A stretch of DNA of 63,790 nucleotides, filler included, from Octopus bimaculoides (GCF_001194135.2; 6 parts of 6 records of this genome joined end to end with filler, not necessarily neighbours in it), one strand, 5' to 3'; positions 1-12,855 are shown, counted from the first letter of the whole stretch. Program-made: numbers and translations. The notes: a model not told the origin generated them from the sequence alone.

Positions 1-304
1 TATTATACTGCTTCCAGCTACATTGTTGCTGCCAGGATTTGAAAAATAGGGCAGATTACCCCCCTCCCCTTATTTTGTGATTTAGGGGGGATTTTTGAAA
101 AACAAAGTGGTATTCGCGGCGGTGTTCAGTGAACGAATCAAACACACTACCCGGCAGTGGCTAAAACGCGAACCGATCAAGTTTATGTGTAAATTTTCTT
201 TTTATATGTTTGTTTCCTTTTACACAATATTAAAACAACGGCTAAATATTTTATGAAGCAGCACCCCCACTAATTTTATCTACGAGCCGCCACTGGACCC
301 CAGT

Positions 305-741
305 ACCGCTACGCTAAGTTACGGGGACGTAAACAAACCAGCACCGGTTGCAAATCGGTAGTGGGGACACAGATCCAAAGACACACACAGACATATATAT
401 ATATATATATATATAACTAGCCGAAATTGCAAAGATAATCTGGAACNNNNNNNNNNNNNNNNNNNNNNNNNNNNNNNNNNNNNNNNNNNNNNNNNNNNNN
501 NNNNNNNNNNNNNNNNNNNNNNNNNNNNNNNNNNNNNNNNNNNNNNNNNNNNNNNNNNNNNNNNNNNNNNNNNNNNNNNNNNNNNNNNTTTTTTTTTTTG
601 TTTGTATCGTCTTTCTATATGTTTTGTTGTCCCTTTTTTGTATCACCTAACTGTTTGGATGTTTTGCGTTCTTGTCCCATTTTTGTATTTTTTATATATA
701 AAATATAGCGGCTTACGTACGCATTGGTCTCTTATATGTAA

Positions 742-777
<36 letters not shown>

Positions 778-935
778 GACGGGCTTCTTTCAGTTTCCGT
801 CTACCAAATCTGCTCACAAGGCTTCGGTCGGCTCAAGGCTATAGTAGCCGACGCTTGCCCAAAGTGACACGCAGTGGTACAGAACCCGGGGTCAGATGGT
901 TGAGAAGTAAGCTTCTAACTACACAGCCATGCCTA
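305..935 (-). mobile_element. Family A SINE: head 776-935, tail 305-395, middle expanded or gapped
   Basis: Reverse complement of the family A head (ggcatggctgtgtagttagaag..ggttctgtacc..ttgggcaagc) and tail (gtttacgtccccgtaacttagcg). Confidence 0.75.
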
Positions 936-1754
936 AAAGATAATTATTTTCATATACATACACGGGTCTTAATCGAGTGGACTAAAACTATTTATATATG
1001 TATTAATAAATGTGTGCACGCGCGCGCGCGTTGTATACATGTATAGTAATGAAAATATACTATGTTCCATAACAGGATGTGCGTGGGTATTTCAGAAATT
1101 GATTTTTTTGCATTGGTTGATAATTTTTTCATTTTCTGATATTAAAAGGAAAATAGTTGAAAAGCCTTTCAGCTTTTATTGGTTGTTTATCTTGAACGTC
1201 AAATCCTATTATTGCCTTCAGTTTCACGCCTTCTTTTCTATCAAACCTCTAAGTTAAATATATTTGGAAGTATGTATTTACATAGTAGTTTGTCCTCAAC
1301 TTCACCTTGTTTATTTGTGTAGTTGTGGGGTCGCCAAACTGTTTTCTCTTGTCGATAAACTAGTCGGTATGATTGCTTGTCAAATCACCCTGTTTGCTTA
1401 TAAACAAACTTACGTATTTGCCTGTAAACAAAGCAGTCTACGTAAACGAGGCAGTCTTATACATACTCCGCTTCAATTTTCACCTGTGTTTATGTGCACC
1501 AAACCGCATAGTCTGTATTTGTTACTTCCTGAATCTTTCGTCATGTGATTTATACATCAGTTAATTGCTTTTATGGGGACCTAAACATACGGATGGTTAC
1601 AAGAATTTTCAATTATTTTTGAGTGGTTTTCTACCACTGAATCAAAAATACAGGATGAAGCATTGTTGCTAAATTATACGGCTTACGACTGTTTCCAGTT
1701 ATCGCCTTTCGCGGGGTTCTGAAATTGTAGCAACAACAACAACAATAATAATAA

Positions 1755-1926
1755 TGGTTTCAAATTTTGCCACTAGGGCAAAAGTTTTCAACAGGCACTT
1801 ATTTTATCGACTGCGAAAGGATTTGAGGCAAAGTCGACCTCGGCGGAATTTGAACTCAAAGCATAAAGACGGACAAAATGCCGCTAAGCATTTCCCCGGT
1901 TTGTTAACGATTCTGCCAGCTTACCG
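1755..1926 (-). mobile_element. Family B tRNA-derived SINE
   Basis: aaagtcgacctcggcggaatttgaactc..ttctgccagc, i.e. the reverse complement of head gctggcagaa / gagttcaaattcc. Confidence 0.8.
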
Positions 1927-1944
1927 TTTGATAGTGGCTTAACT

Positions 1945-2450
1945 GATTAGAAGTGTTATTATGTACATGTTTTGTCTTGGTGTGAACGATGGGCTACAGC
2001 AAATATTCTGCTCAATATCTCAGATTTGCTTGTCAGTCGAGTCACCTTAACTAGTTGAGTTACCTTAGTGGCTGACGATATGTGTATCTCTGGTCATAAG
2101 TAGGAGTAGTTGGAGAGCATCATAGCCATGGGTTTAGAGGGATTCTTTGGGGTTTGAATAATTCACCTGTGGAAACATGAGTGTTTTTTTCATCCATGAA
2201 CAAACCTTATTCAGGGACCTTTTGAACGGGATGGGCTACTCGACCTGAAGAAAATACTAACTAGGCCTCACCTGCAAGGTCATGCGCTATTTGCCTTGAT
2301 ATGAGGTTCTCATGTCGCGCACATATGGTTGTGGTGTATGTGCTTGGTGTACCCTTGTCAGACGGGTAATCCTGAAGGGTATATTGGGCTTCGTATATTT
2401 GTATCCCAGCGGCACTTTGATGGCGTATGCTGTTCTCTCACTCAATAACA
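1945..2450 (+). repeat. Probable interspersed repeat (retroelement 3' UTR-like) ending in (CAA)/(AAT)n
   Basis: Non-coding block ending ctctcactcaataacaac into a microsatellite. It resembles an abundant octopus repeat from memory only. Confidence 0.35.
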
Positions 2451-2471
2451 ACAACAACAACAACAACAATG

Positions 2472-2515
<44 letters not shown>

Positions 2516-2516
<1 letters not shown>

Positions 2517-2581
2517 GAGTGCCGATACTGCAACGATGGGATAGAAACAGTGGACCACCTAATCTCTGGATGTAAGGTTTT
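2516..2581 (+). mobile_element. CCHC zinc-knuckle fragment of an RLE-type retrotransposon
   Basis: ECRYCNDGIETVDHLISGCKVL directly after (AAT)n. The CxxC-x7-H-x4-C spacing is typical of R4-clade elements. Confidence 0.7.
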
Positions 2582-2753
2582 AGTACTTCGAACAAGGGAT
2601 CTAATGTCCTCACCCAGGCTTGAACGGTACCTGCAGACCTTGGTTTCTGGTTGATTTCCCTTCGTCGGCACAGGATAACCGTTGGCTAGAGATGGCAGTA
2701 TTAGGCCTTGTTTGAGGTATATACTTTTAAAGTAACACAGTCACTGATCTCGT

Positions 2754-3046
2754 AAAGAGGAAAACAATTAATTTTAAATTTCTGAGCGTGAAGTAGTAAC
2801 AGTTCTACAGAGTAAAATCTATTTGCCAACGTAAAGTGGCAGTCCTGATTAGGACGATGTTACTACCTTGTATAAGGACGCAGTTGTGCGTTAGTAGTCA
2901 GCTGGAAAAGATGCTTTCCTGGGGCTAAAAAAGGTAGTAACATCATCCTAATCAGGACTGCCACTTTACGTTAGCAAATAGATTTTACTCTGTAGTACTG
3001 TAACTACTTCTCACTCAGAGATTTAAAACTAGTTGTTTTCCTCTTT
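2754..3046. repeat. Fold-back element: 116-bp inverted arms, 61-bp spacer
   Basis: 2754-2869 versus reverse complement of 2931-3046: 9 mismatches, no indels. Confidence 0.92.
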
Positions 3047-4080
3047 GTATATATATATATATACACNNNNNNNNNNTATATATATATGATAGATCACTAA
3101 CCAATACACACATTTTTCTCTCTCCTTGTTTCTCGCCTTGTTTCTTTCTGTGTTCCTTTCTGTGGAAGACCGTAGGCTCGAAACGTTAAAGACTTTTTCA
3201 ATTCCCGAGCGTTATACTAATATATCTGTTTGTTTTCTACACCACCTGTCTTCGTCTGTTGTTTTTTGTGAATTCTCCCTATATATATATATATACACAG
3301 AGTAGATTTCAATGTACCTACCAATAAGTTGGCGCAATTTGGGCTCGCCTTCGTGTCTATGGCTAATCAACTCATCTCTTGGTAGAAATCACCTTAGAAA
3401 GAGGAAACTCCAGAACAAGGAAGAATTTAGAAAGAGGAAGAAGTATGAGAGTTTTAGGTCCATGTGTGGTGCGGAGACCATCATTACAGTGATAAAGTGC
3501 ACAAGGATTTAATGTCAATAACGAAAGTGACGTTTGGAGTGAGTGTCATTTCTTTATTCAAAATAATTCTTTTTGTGTGTCTTTCTGGCATTCATCTCGT
3601 CTTTCTTTTCTTTCGGACACTCATCTCGGGAGTCTGGAGTTGGCTCAATGTCGAAACCACAAAGATTGAGATCTCTTCCAGTTAATAAGTGAAACGAAAG
3701 TGATTGGTTAGAAAACGTTCTATGAAACTAAAAACGACATTGATGTAAAAACACAATTCTATTTACCAGCGAATTTCATCACTTTATAAATTAAAAAAGA
3801 GCAAATATTTATGGGGAAGGTAAATATTTCTGTCTTAATTTGGAATTAGCCATGTTTCAAGTCACAGCATGTTGATTGTCAATTAAAAAATAATGAATGT
3901 CAAGGAGTTAGTGATATTTATATGTTGGTAACATAAATATGTAGTTTGATACAAATAATACTCAGAAAGCCTTTATGAGTTTTAGTTTACTGGTTACTTT
4001 GATTTTGATTTTGATTTCATATTGGAATTAGTAAACAAGCTTGCCGTTGGTTATTGGTTATTAACAGACCGTTAATATAG

Positions 4081-4201
4081 GCATAGGAGTGGTTGCGTGG
4101 TAAGTAGCTTGCTTACCAACCACATGGTTCTGGGTTCAGTCCCACTGCGTGGCACCTTGAGCAAGTGTCTTCTACTATAGCCTCGGGCCGACCAAAGCCT
4201 G

Positions 4202-4252
<51 letters not shown>

Positions 4253-4437
4253 TTGTGTGTCTGCGTTTGTCCCTCCAACATCGTTTGAAAACCGATGCTG
4301 GCGTGTTTACGTCCCCGTAACTTAGCGGTTCGGCAAAAGAGACTGATAGAATAAGTACTAGGCTTACAAAAAATAAGTCCTGGGGTCGACTTGCTCGACT
4401 AAAGGCGGTGCTCCAGCATGGCCACAGTCAAATGACC
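4081..4437 (+). mobile_element. Family A tRNA-derived SINE (CORE-like ccttgagcaagt, internal (GT)n)
   Basis: A-box tggttgcgtggtaag, B-box gggttcagtccc, conserved tail ending ggccacagtcaaatgac. Confidence 0.9.
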
Positions 4438-4544
4438 AATCACTAGTTCTCTACATTTCAGACAACGAGAATAACAAGAGTACATTGGTAACTTGGTTCA
4501 AAGGACATTATTCGGTGCGTTCTGGTCTTCACTGATTCGCTCTT

Positions 4545-4670
4545 GTACAGTTTCTGGCTATCAAATTCCACTCACAAAATATTGGTTAAACTGAGGCTAT
4601 GGTAGAGGACAAGACACACGCCAAGGTGTCACACAGTGGGAATGAACCTGGGAACCCATGGTTTCGAAAC
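4545..4670 (-). mobile_element. Family A SINE head fragment
   Basis: Reverse complement similar to the 4081 head. Confidence 0.65.
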
Positions 4671-5350
4671 AAAACTGAGAAAAGAAATGTTTACATGTAG
4701 TATAATTAATCAACAACGTAGTTAGAATGTGTGCCGCTCGGGGCAGCCTTTGCGTTTGCCGTTCCAATCCTTGATCCCTATACAAGCTTGTGCAGCAGAC
4801 AAAAGCGTAGCTCGGACGGAGAGCCCCATCGCCTCCATTAGCTACGCTAGTTATAAAGCTTAAGAAATAGGAAGGAATGAATGAGAAGTTGAAGATGCTA
4901 AATACTTGCAGAGATAATATAGCTGATAGCAAATGTTTACTAACTGTTAGTATGTACTAAAATATTTTCTAAAGTAAAAATAATCTTTAATGGTATTGCA
5001 TTTCTAACACATGCCAGTAATTACAACGAAAAGCGGACGTAAAACGATGATGATAGTAATGAAATGATGAAGAGGATAATGATGTGGAGGAGGAGGGTGA
5101 TTGGTATCTAATTTCATAATCACAACTTAATGTATGCACATTTTAATTAGCGTTTATTGGTTTATGGTTGTTGTTGTTATTTAAGCAAGATTCCCCTCTT
5201 TTCTTCTGGTAATCATCAAACATGAAAAACTAATAATATTAAGTTGCGGATTTCAAACTAGGGTATAAATTAAAAAGAGCAAATATTAATATTTATGGGG
5301 AAGGTAAATATTTCTGTTCTTAATTTGGAATTAGCTGTTTCAATCTAAAC

Positions 5351-5352
5351 CC

Positions 5353-5415
<63 letters not shown>

Positions 5416-5525
5416 CGTCTGTCTGTCTGTCTGTCTGTCTGTCTGCCTACCTACATTCATACATATATACATACATACACACACATACATACATATATAA
5501 TACATACATACACATACATACATCC
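5351..5525. repeat. Compound tetranucleotide microsatellite (ATCT)n-(GTCT)n-(ATAC)n
   Basis: Direct reading. Confidence 0.95.
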
Positions 5526-5779
5526 TTTCTTTTGCTTGCTAAGATGAACCACTGAGGAAGGAGGTTCTATGTTGTCATTAAATATGCCACAAATGGTGAA
5601 GTTTCTCTAAAAGTATATCATATTATTTTGAAAAAAAAGGATGCACTGGGTGATATAGTTTTCGGCACTCTGGATAAACTGCTTTGATAATATATATGCC
5701 TAATCAGGGATGATCTGGGCTAAATAAAAACTAAAAGATCTATGTGGTGCAAAATATTCAGTAAATATTTATTATATAT

Positions 5780-6472
5780 ATAGGATGCGGTGAATAAATT
5801 GTCGTCTAAATTACGCAAAACTGAAAATATCACTGACATCTCATTTTCACAGATATATTTACCAAAGTTACATAGAAATATCTTGAAATACTAAAAGTAA
5901 ATTTATTCAATAAAATCGCCATTGGCTTTAACCACGGCTTCTAGACGACATCGGAATCTGCTGCAACTCTTCTGGACGGTCACCTTGTTTAAGTTGGTGA
6001 ATGCTACCATAATCCTTGCCTTCAGTTCATCTTTGATGTTACTAGGAGTTTTGTTGGTCTCTCGCTCAACTGCGCCCCACACATAATAACCAAGGGGATT
6101 GCTGTCTGGGAAGTTAGATGGCTAGATGTTAGGGGTGATGTGGTCGCAGCAATTGTCTGACAGTCATGACTAGGTTCTCCTACTTGTGTGGCATAGTGCA
6201 GAGACCTGTTGCCAGACATAGGGTCTTCCAGCAGCTACCTTCTTGACTCAGAGCAGCACTACCTCTCTCAGGTACTTGATGCAGGCCTCCGTATTGAGTC
6301 TGAGGCCGTATGGGAAGATGAATGGAGACATAACGTCGCCATCACTAGTGATCACTCCAAACACCATGATGTTGACTGGATGTTTGATTTTTATCACTCT
6401 CGGTACATGTTTTGGGGACACAGCAAGCCAACGGTTGTTCTGTGTTCACCATCTGATCCTGGCAGACTTATT
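5780..6472 (-). mobile_element. Decayed DD37D/maT transposase, C-terminal half
   Basis: Reverse complement: CQDQMVNTQNNRWLAVSPKHVPRVIKIKHPVNIMVFGVITSDGDVMSPFIFPYGLRLN..RPYVWQQ..PDSNPL.YYVWGAVERETNK..RFRCRLEAVVKANGDFIE*. TIR-like tataggatgcggtgaataaa at ~5780. Confidence 0.85.
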
Positions 6473-6631
6473 GTAATATCTTTATGTGATTGGTTACCGT
6501 TTGCACATTGCATCTCCATATTATGATTATTGTGATTATTACGTAATTCTTGGCTTCCTGAAACAGCTGTCAGATCAAGAAGTCAGATTACGAAGTTACA
6601 TATTTTCTTCATATTTTATTCTGTATCTTTT

Positions 6632-6662
<31 letters not shown>

Positions 6663-7797
6663 CGTATCAAGCCTAATTGTGTTTATCTGCATCACTGCCT
6701 CCATATCATCTCGATTTGGATTTCTCTTATAGCCACTCTTGACACTGAGGATGAAGAATTCGGAGTTCTAATTCCAGTTCAAATTCACTTGATCACTACT
6801 GTGTTTTCTGTACTGAGCATATCTAGCTCTCACACTGTGTATGTATGTATGTATGTATGTATACAAACACACATATACATACAAACACAGTAGGCATATA
6901 AACTTAACAAAATTTACTTGTTTCTCCGTAGATGAAAAAAATGAACACCCTTAATTGCTTTTTTTACCCATATTGGAGTCTCGATAGAAGTGTCTATATC
7001 ACTTGACCATTGCTGGAGAAATAAGTAGCCCATTCATTTACATTGCATGTCGAATTTAGTATCTTCGAAGAATTAGAGCTATTATTTTGTGTATTATAAG
7101 TGTTTAACATTATATTTTATAATTATTCAATGTGAATATATTAAAGACAGTAGGGTCTTGTTAAAGGGAAATTTGGTTACTTATTATAAGCAAATCGCGA
7201 AACCAGATAATGAGTTCCTTGTTGGCTCGTTGTAATCGCAGTGTTTTGTATAAGTGTGACTTCATGATAAATATACATTCAACAACGCGTATTTTTATCC
7301 TATTACCCCCATTATCTTCATCTCACACCGCTGTCACTAATACTGCTGCCGTTTCACCTTTTAGATTCAGAGACGCGCCCAGATCATTTAATACAATAGA
7401 AAGGTTTTGTTTTTTTTCATAAAATAACATAACCGAGTTAGGTTTCTTGCTCTATAATTAGAATGTAGAGTGGAAACCAATGCGAAGTGATTCTCCTGTT
7501 ACTAACGTCGAAATAGTTTACACCAACAATCAGGTGTCTTTACGTCACAGCCGCCCACCACACCGCGTTAATCACGTCTTCTGTAAGTTAAAACTACTGA
7601 TGTTGATAGGAAATTGATAATTTTATTCCATATAGAACACATATTCCGTCCGTCTGCCCACTCATCCATTTCCCTATCTTTCTCTCTCTTTTGTTTTTCA
7701 TNNNNNNNNNNNNNNNNNNNNNNNNNNNNNNNNNNNNNNNNNNNNNNNNNNNNNNNNNNNNNNNNNNNNNNNNNNNNNNNNNNNNNNNNNNNNNNNN

Positions 7798-7836
<39 letters not shown>

Positions 7837-8399
7837 ATGTATGTATGTATATTCAAGTTATGAGCAAATTACTGGCTCTTTTGTTCAACAGATATTTGAT
7901 AGTTAGCCTTTTCTTTTGTGTGTGTGTGTGTGTGTGTGTGTATACGCACATGTCGCATTTACATACATATATGCTTATATAAATGTGTATGTATGTATGT
8001 ATTTATGTCTGCATGCATACACACACACAACACACACGCTCACCATCCCCCACACGACGTACTGGACTGGACATTTCTGAACAAATAAAACAACTAGAAT
8101 CAAAACGAAAAAGATACACCACACTCCTAGATAAATAGCACGCACATTCAACTATTTATATCAAAGTGAATGGCCTTTCAACTAAACTGTGCTCTGTTAA
8201 ACTGACAGTCACGATGCGGCCACGTAAACGACTGGATGCCAGGATCCTATTCCACGCCTATTTCACTACCACTGCGACCGGACCCAACGTGTTCTTGACA
8301 CCGCACGGGCACCGGTCAGCTTCCACATTGCCGATGCTTCAAATGCAGCAGTCCAGGTAATTCATATCTAGAGCGTCAGAACGCCACATGGTGTTGGTG

Positions 8400-8740
8400 T
8401 GAATCAAAATTATACATTTCCCCCCGTGTTTTTCAGGACATAAACTGTTCTCTTCTTACCTCGTAGGGCATACCTGATGTCCTCGTGGACTCCCTTATCT
8501 CGAGCTGCTCAGCGATAGTCTTCATCGACCAACTGGAATTATCGGTGATGATGTCCTGAACCTGCTAGACCACTTTGCTCGCCCTGATGACATTTGACCG
8601 CTAAAAAAATTTAGATGACACATTTTTACCAGGGGCATTTAATTCTCTTCCAGCCTTGAACACAAAGGATCGGAATAAGTTCAAGAATCCGGCGACCTCC
8701 GAGTAGCTGCTATGTCGACATGGATCTACCATGATTATAC
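8400..8740 (-). mobile_element. Decayed DD37D/maT transposase, N-terminal part
   Basis: Reverse complement: EVAGFLNLFRSFVFKAGRELNA..QVQDIITDNSSWSMKTIAEQLEI..EVRREQFMS. It aligns by eye with the N-terminus of the 13230-14030 copy. Confidence 0.65.
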
Positions 8741-9012
8741 TGTTGATATGCCTACTTGTTTTCCAGTACATTTAATCCTTCCTAATTTGCTGCAGGGCAT
8801 AAACATCACCTCTTCAAATTTCTTCTTTCAAGCTTGCTTTTACTTTTCTCGTCGTCACTCATCTCCAGATATACTGACTTTTGATTTAAGCTCGTGACCA
8901 GCGATTTTAAGAGGAGTTTAGTCGATACCATCTACCCCTGTACTAGTATTTTATTTCATCGTTCCCAGAAAGATGAAAAGCAAAGTTGATCTTTGTTCTT
9001 GAGAGTTCAAAC

Positions 9013-9670
9013 AAACGATGTAGGAGGAGTTAGCTAACAACGCCACAAACAAACACACACCAAAACTTGAAACCAATATTAACCTTCTCCAAAGCTACAG
9101 TTGACTGAATCCAGAACAATGTAGCTGCGCCTATCCTTCTATTTATCTATCTGTCTGTCTGTCTGTCTGTTTAAGTATTAATTACTATGGTGACTAACAA
9201 AATCATCAGATCTTACATCATTTACACCATCTACAACAGAGAGATTCATGGTGCTCACAAAGAAAAAGAAAATCAGCCACAGTTAAGTCTTTCCAGCTCA
9301 AAACTAGCTGAGTGAGTGAATTGCGATGCTCACCACATAAGAAAGAGGAAGGTAGGGGACAGAGAGATGTATGTATGTATTACGGAGTCTCCCGTCGTTA
9401 AATGACTGATGTGAGTTCCGCAGTTTCTTGCTGAACAACCACACAGATGCTTTGTTTATAGTGATCAAATGTTAGTGTTCGCATCAGCTTCATCTCTCCA
9501 TCAAATCGATATTGCCTGTACAAGTGCATAAGTTTGCCACGCGTCAGATGTCGAAATGATCGCAAAGGAACGTGAAATGAAATATTTTCTTCGAGAAACC
9601 AACACATCGTCTGGTCGGGGAATCAAAACCACTATCTCACAAGCGTGAGCGCAACACCCTAATCATTAAG

Positions 9671-9705
<35 letters not shown>

Positions 9706-9763
9706 TGTAAAATCGGTGTGTGTTTGTTTGTGGCGTTGTTAGCTAACTCCTCCTACATCGTTT
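9013..9763. repeat. Perfect 49-bp inverted repeat pair (9013-9061 / 9715-9763)
   Basis: aaacgatgtaggaggagttagctaacaacgccacaaacaaacacacacc and its exact reverse complement. Confidence 0.9.
9385..9672 (-). mobile_element. tRNA-derived SINE (family D), decayed
   Basis: Reverse complement head ttaatgattagggtgttgcgctcacg..ggttttgattcccc. Confidence 0.6.
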
Positions 9764-9949
9764 TATTGATTTTGATGAAACTTGACACGTGAGTAGAACT
9801 CATGTCTGGAAACCTCATGACATACTTAGATTGTTGAATTACTGGGTACACCAGCTAGTATATATATATATATATNNNNNNNNNNNNNNNNNNNNNNNNN
9901 NNNNNNNNNNNNNNNNNNNNNNNNNNNNNNNNNNNNNNNNNNNNNNNAT

Positions 9950-10125
9950 AGGCGCAGACTTCACTGTGTAGTAAGAAACTTGCTTCCCAATTACCTGATT
10001 CCGGGTTCAGTTGCACTGCGTGACACCTTGGGCAAGAGTATTCTGCTATTATAGTGAACGGGCCCACTGAAGCCTTGTGAATGGATTTAGCAGATGGAAA
10101 CTGAAAGAAGCTCTTTGTATATATA

Positions 10126-10180
<55 letters not shown>

Positions 10181-10400
10181 ACGCGCGTGCGTCTTTGTGT
10201 CTGTGTTTGTTCCCCACCGGTGTTGGTGAGTTTACGTTCCCGTAGCTCAGCGGTGCAGCAAAAGACACCGAAAGAATAAGTACCAGGTGTAATTGGAAAA
10301 GAAAACAAAATGTACTGCGGTCGATTCATTCGACTGAAAATCTTCAAGGTGGTGCCCCCGCATGACTGCAATCTAATGACTGAAGCAAGTAAAAGATAAA
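9950..10400 (+). mobile_element. Family A SINE
   Basis: Head, internal (GT)n and tail ending aagtaaaagataaaa. Confidence 0.85.
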
Positions 10401-10705
10401 AAAGTATATAGGTGCACGCACGCGCGCGTGTATGTATATTCTATCTTAATAGAAACTATAATTAGGTCGCTTCTGATGTTGAAAGAAATCAAACGAGACA
10501 AGCTTAAAAGATATTTCTGTCGTGTATCTAAGTGTGGGGGAAAAAAACTATATAAGTATATAGGATTCATTGGTATTCATAAAAATATCGTAATTTACAT
10601 AGACACATCTACTAAAAAGATATTTCTTTTTCTTATGATAAAAATGATTATTACCACTTTTACCTTCGAGTCCGCTAGATATTAAATATGCTGTGATATG
10701 TATAC

Positions 10706-10801
<96 letters not shown>

Positions 10802-10942
10802 AACACACACTTATTTTAGACTTGGGTATACACCTGGTAGTATGTCAAAGCACATTCGCTGTCTATGGCTACCTAATGTCATCAACATTATGGACATAAA
10901 TGCCACTGGATTTACTTCAGGATTTCGTCAGTGACCGTTAAA

Positions 10943-11565
10943 TATATGACAAAAGCGAGAACAAAATGGAATTCACGAGATACTTCATTGATCACAACGA
11001 TCGTTTCGACTCATCTTTCATCGGTCACTCGCGGGTCAGATTCTGGACAAATGGCTATGGGGCATCTGTCGGTGCAGATGTATCGCGTCAGGTGACTTTT
11101 CACAAAAGTCCCTCGCTCAATAAACTTGGTTTTGCTTGGTTCAATTATAATGCATTTCGATATTCCCTGTAGCTAGTTGCATGCGGAGTTTCGTGGTTTC
11201 GAATGACATGGAATGGATACAGTTCATTTTTTTATATATAAGTAACAGACCTGCGTATAGTTGATCGTAAATAAATCACAATTACCATTACCTATATGAA
11301 AAAAAAAATTAAATGTATCCATTCCGTGTCATTCCAAACCCGTATGCAACCAGCTACGAGAAAATAACGAAATGCATTATAATCGAACCCAGCGAAACCG
11401 AGTTTATTGAGCGAGGGACCTTTTGAAAAGCCACCTGAGGAGACACATCTGCACCGACGGATACCCCACACGAATTGGGCAGGATCTCACCTGCGGGAGA
11501 TCGATGCAAGATGGGTGGAAATGATCGTTGTGATTCCATTTTCTTTTTCTCGTTTTGTCATATAT
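10943..11565. repeat. Large fold-back/MITE-like element: ~270-290-bp inverted arms, ~60-bp spacer
   Basis: Termini tatatgacaaaagcgagaa / ttctcgttttgtcatata. Arms align throughout (e.g. ggtgcagatgt/acatctgcacc, cctcgctcaataaac/gtttattgagcgagg) with a few indels; roughly 75-80% identity by eye. Confidence 0.88.
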
Positions 11566-11587
11566 ATATATATATATATAGATATAG

Positions 11588-11622
<35 letters not shown>

Positions 11623-11790
11623 TATATATATGTATGTATATATGTATGTGTGTATATATATGTATGTATATATGTATGTGTGTATGTATGCATATTAATA
11701 TACACACGTATATATACACACGCATATATATATATATATTAATATACATACACACATATATATATACACACGTATATGCATATATGTTTG

Positions 11791-11893
<103 letters not shown>

Positions 11894-12284
11894 TATACAC
11901 GCGTGTGTTTGTGAGCATTATATGTAATATAATAGGACTTAATGTCAAGTACGTCTATAAAATTCATACCCGTCGACATTATTTCTATAGACACGGGAAG
12001 TATGAAATATTTAGTTTTGCTGCGAGAGTGCGTAGCTGATGTGAGTTAATATATTGAATTTGTGGAATTTTTTTCCTAATTGTAATCTTATATGTTCGAA
12101 ATATATGCTATTACGATTTGAAAATTTGGAGAAAAAAAAATGTAAAGAATGGCGAACAACTTGCTGCCCTTTGTACAATTCCAAATGGAGTGGGTAGAAG
12201 TTAGTTGGGAAAATTGCGTAAATGAAACCAGCATTGAATCTTGGAGATTTCAGGCCTTGCGCCTGTTGTAGAAAGGGTTATTAT

Positions 12285-12590
12285 TAATAATAGTGGTAAT
12301 TTGATCCAAGTTCGTTCTTATTTCTAGACAATTTACGTGGGAAGCGGGTTACTATCTATAATCTTAAGTATCCACAAGCTTTCAATAGTCTTTCAAGTAC
12401 TTAAAACCCTCCTGATAATCTTTCCTGTCCCTAAAAGGCAAACTTTCTGTAGAAGTTCTACAGAACATTCTATTCCAATCTCTTTCAACCATTTCTCTAT
12501 ATCTTTATTTACAGCTCCCACTGCACCAATTATTAAAGACACAACTCTTAGTTTCCATATTCCAAATTCTTGCAATATCAAAATTTAAGG
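12285..12590 (-). mobile_element. R4/Dong-like RLE retrotransposon 3' end
   Basis: ARIWNMETK / VVSLIIGAVGAVNKDIEKWLKEIGIECSVELLQKVCLLGTGKIIRRVLST*, then a UTR ending near a degenerate AAT tract at ~12278-12296. Confidence 0.82.
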
Positions 12591-12729
12591 GAATGTATTT
12601 TTTTCGTCTTCTTTCTTTACGATCCTGGAATCAAACGGACATGATGGATCAATTAGTAAGCAACTTAGCTTTTCCTTGTCTATTATTGTTGTGTCGGTCT
12701 ATTATTTTTTAGCGCCTTATCCGTTGACT

Positions 12730-12817
12730 CATCATCGTCGTCATCATCACCCTCACCATCATCATCATCACTGTCATCATCATCATCATCATCACTGTCA
12801 TCATCATCATCATCACT

Positions 12818-12855
<38 letters not shown>

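Noticed and set aside
255-296. hAT-like terminus (reverse complement cagtggcggctcgtag)
   Set aside because: The partner TIR and TSD are not visible within the window.
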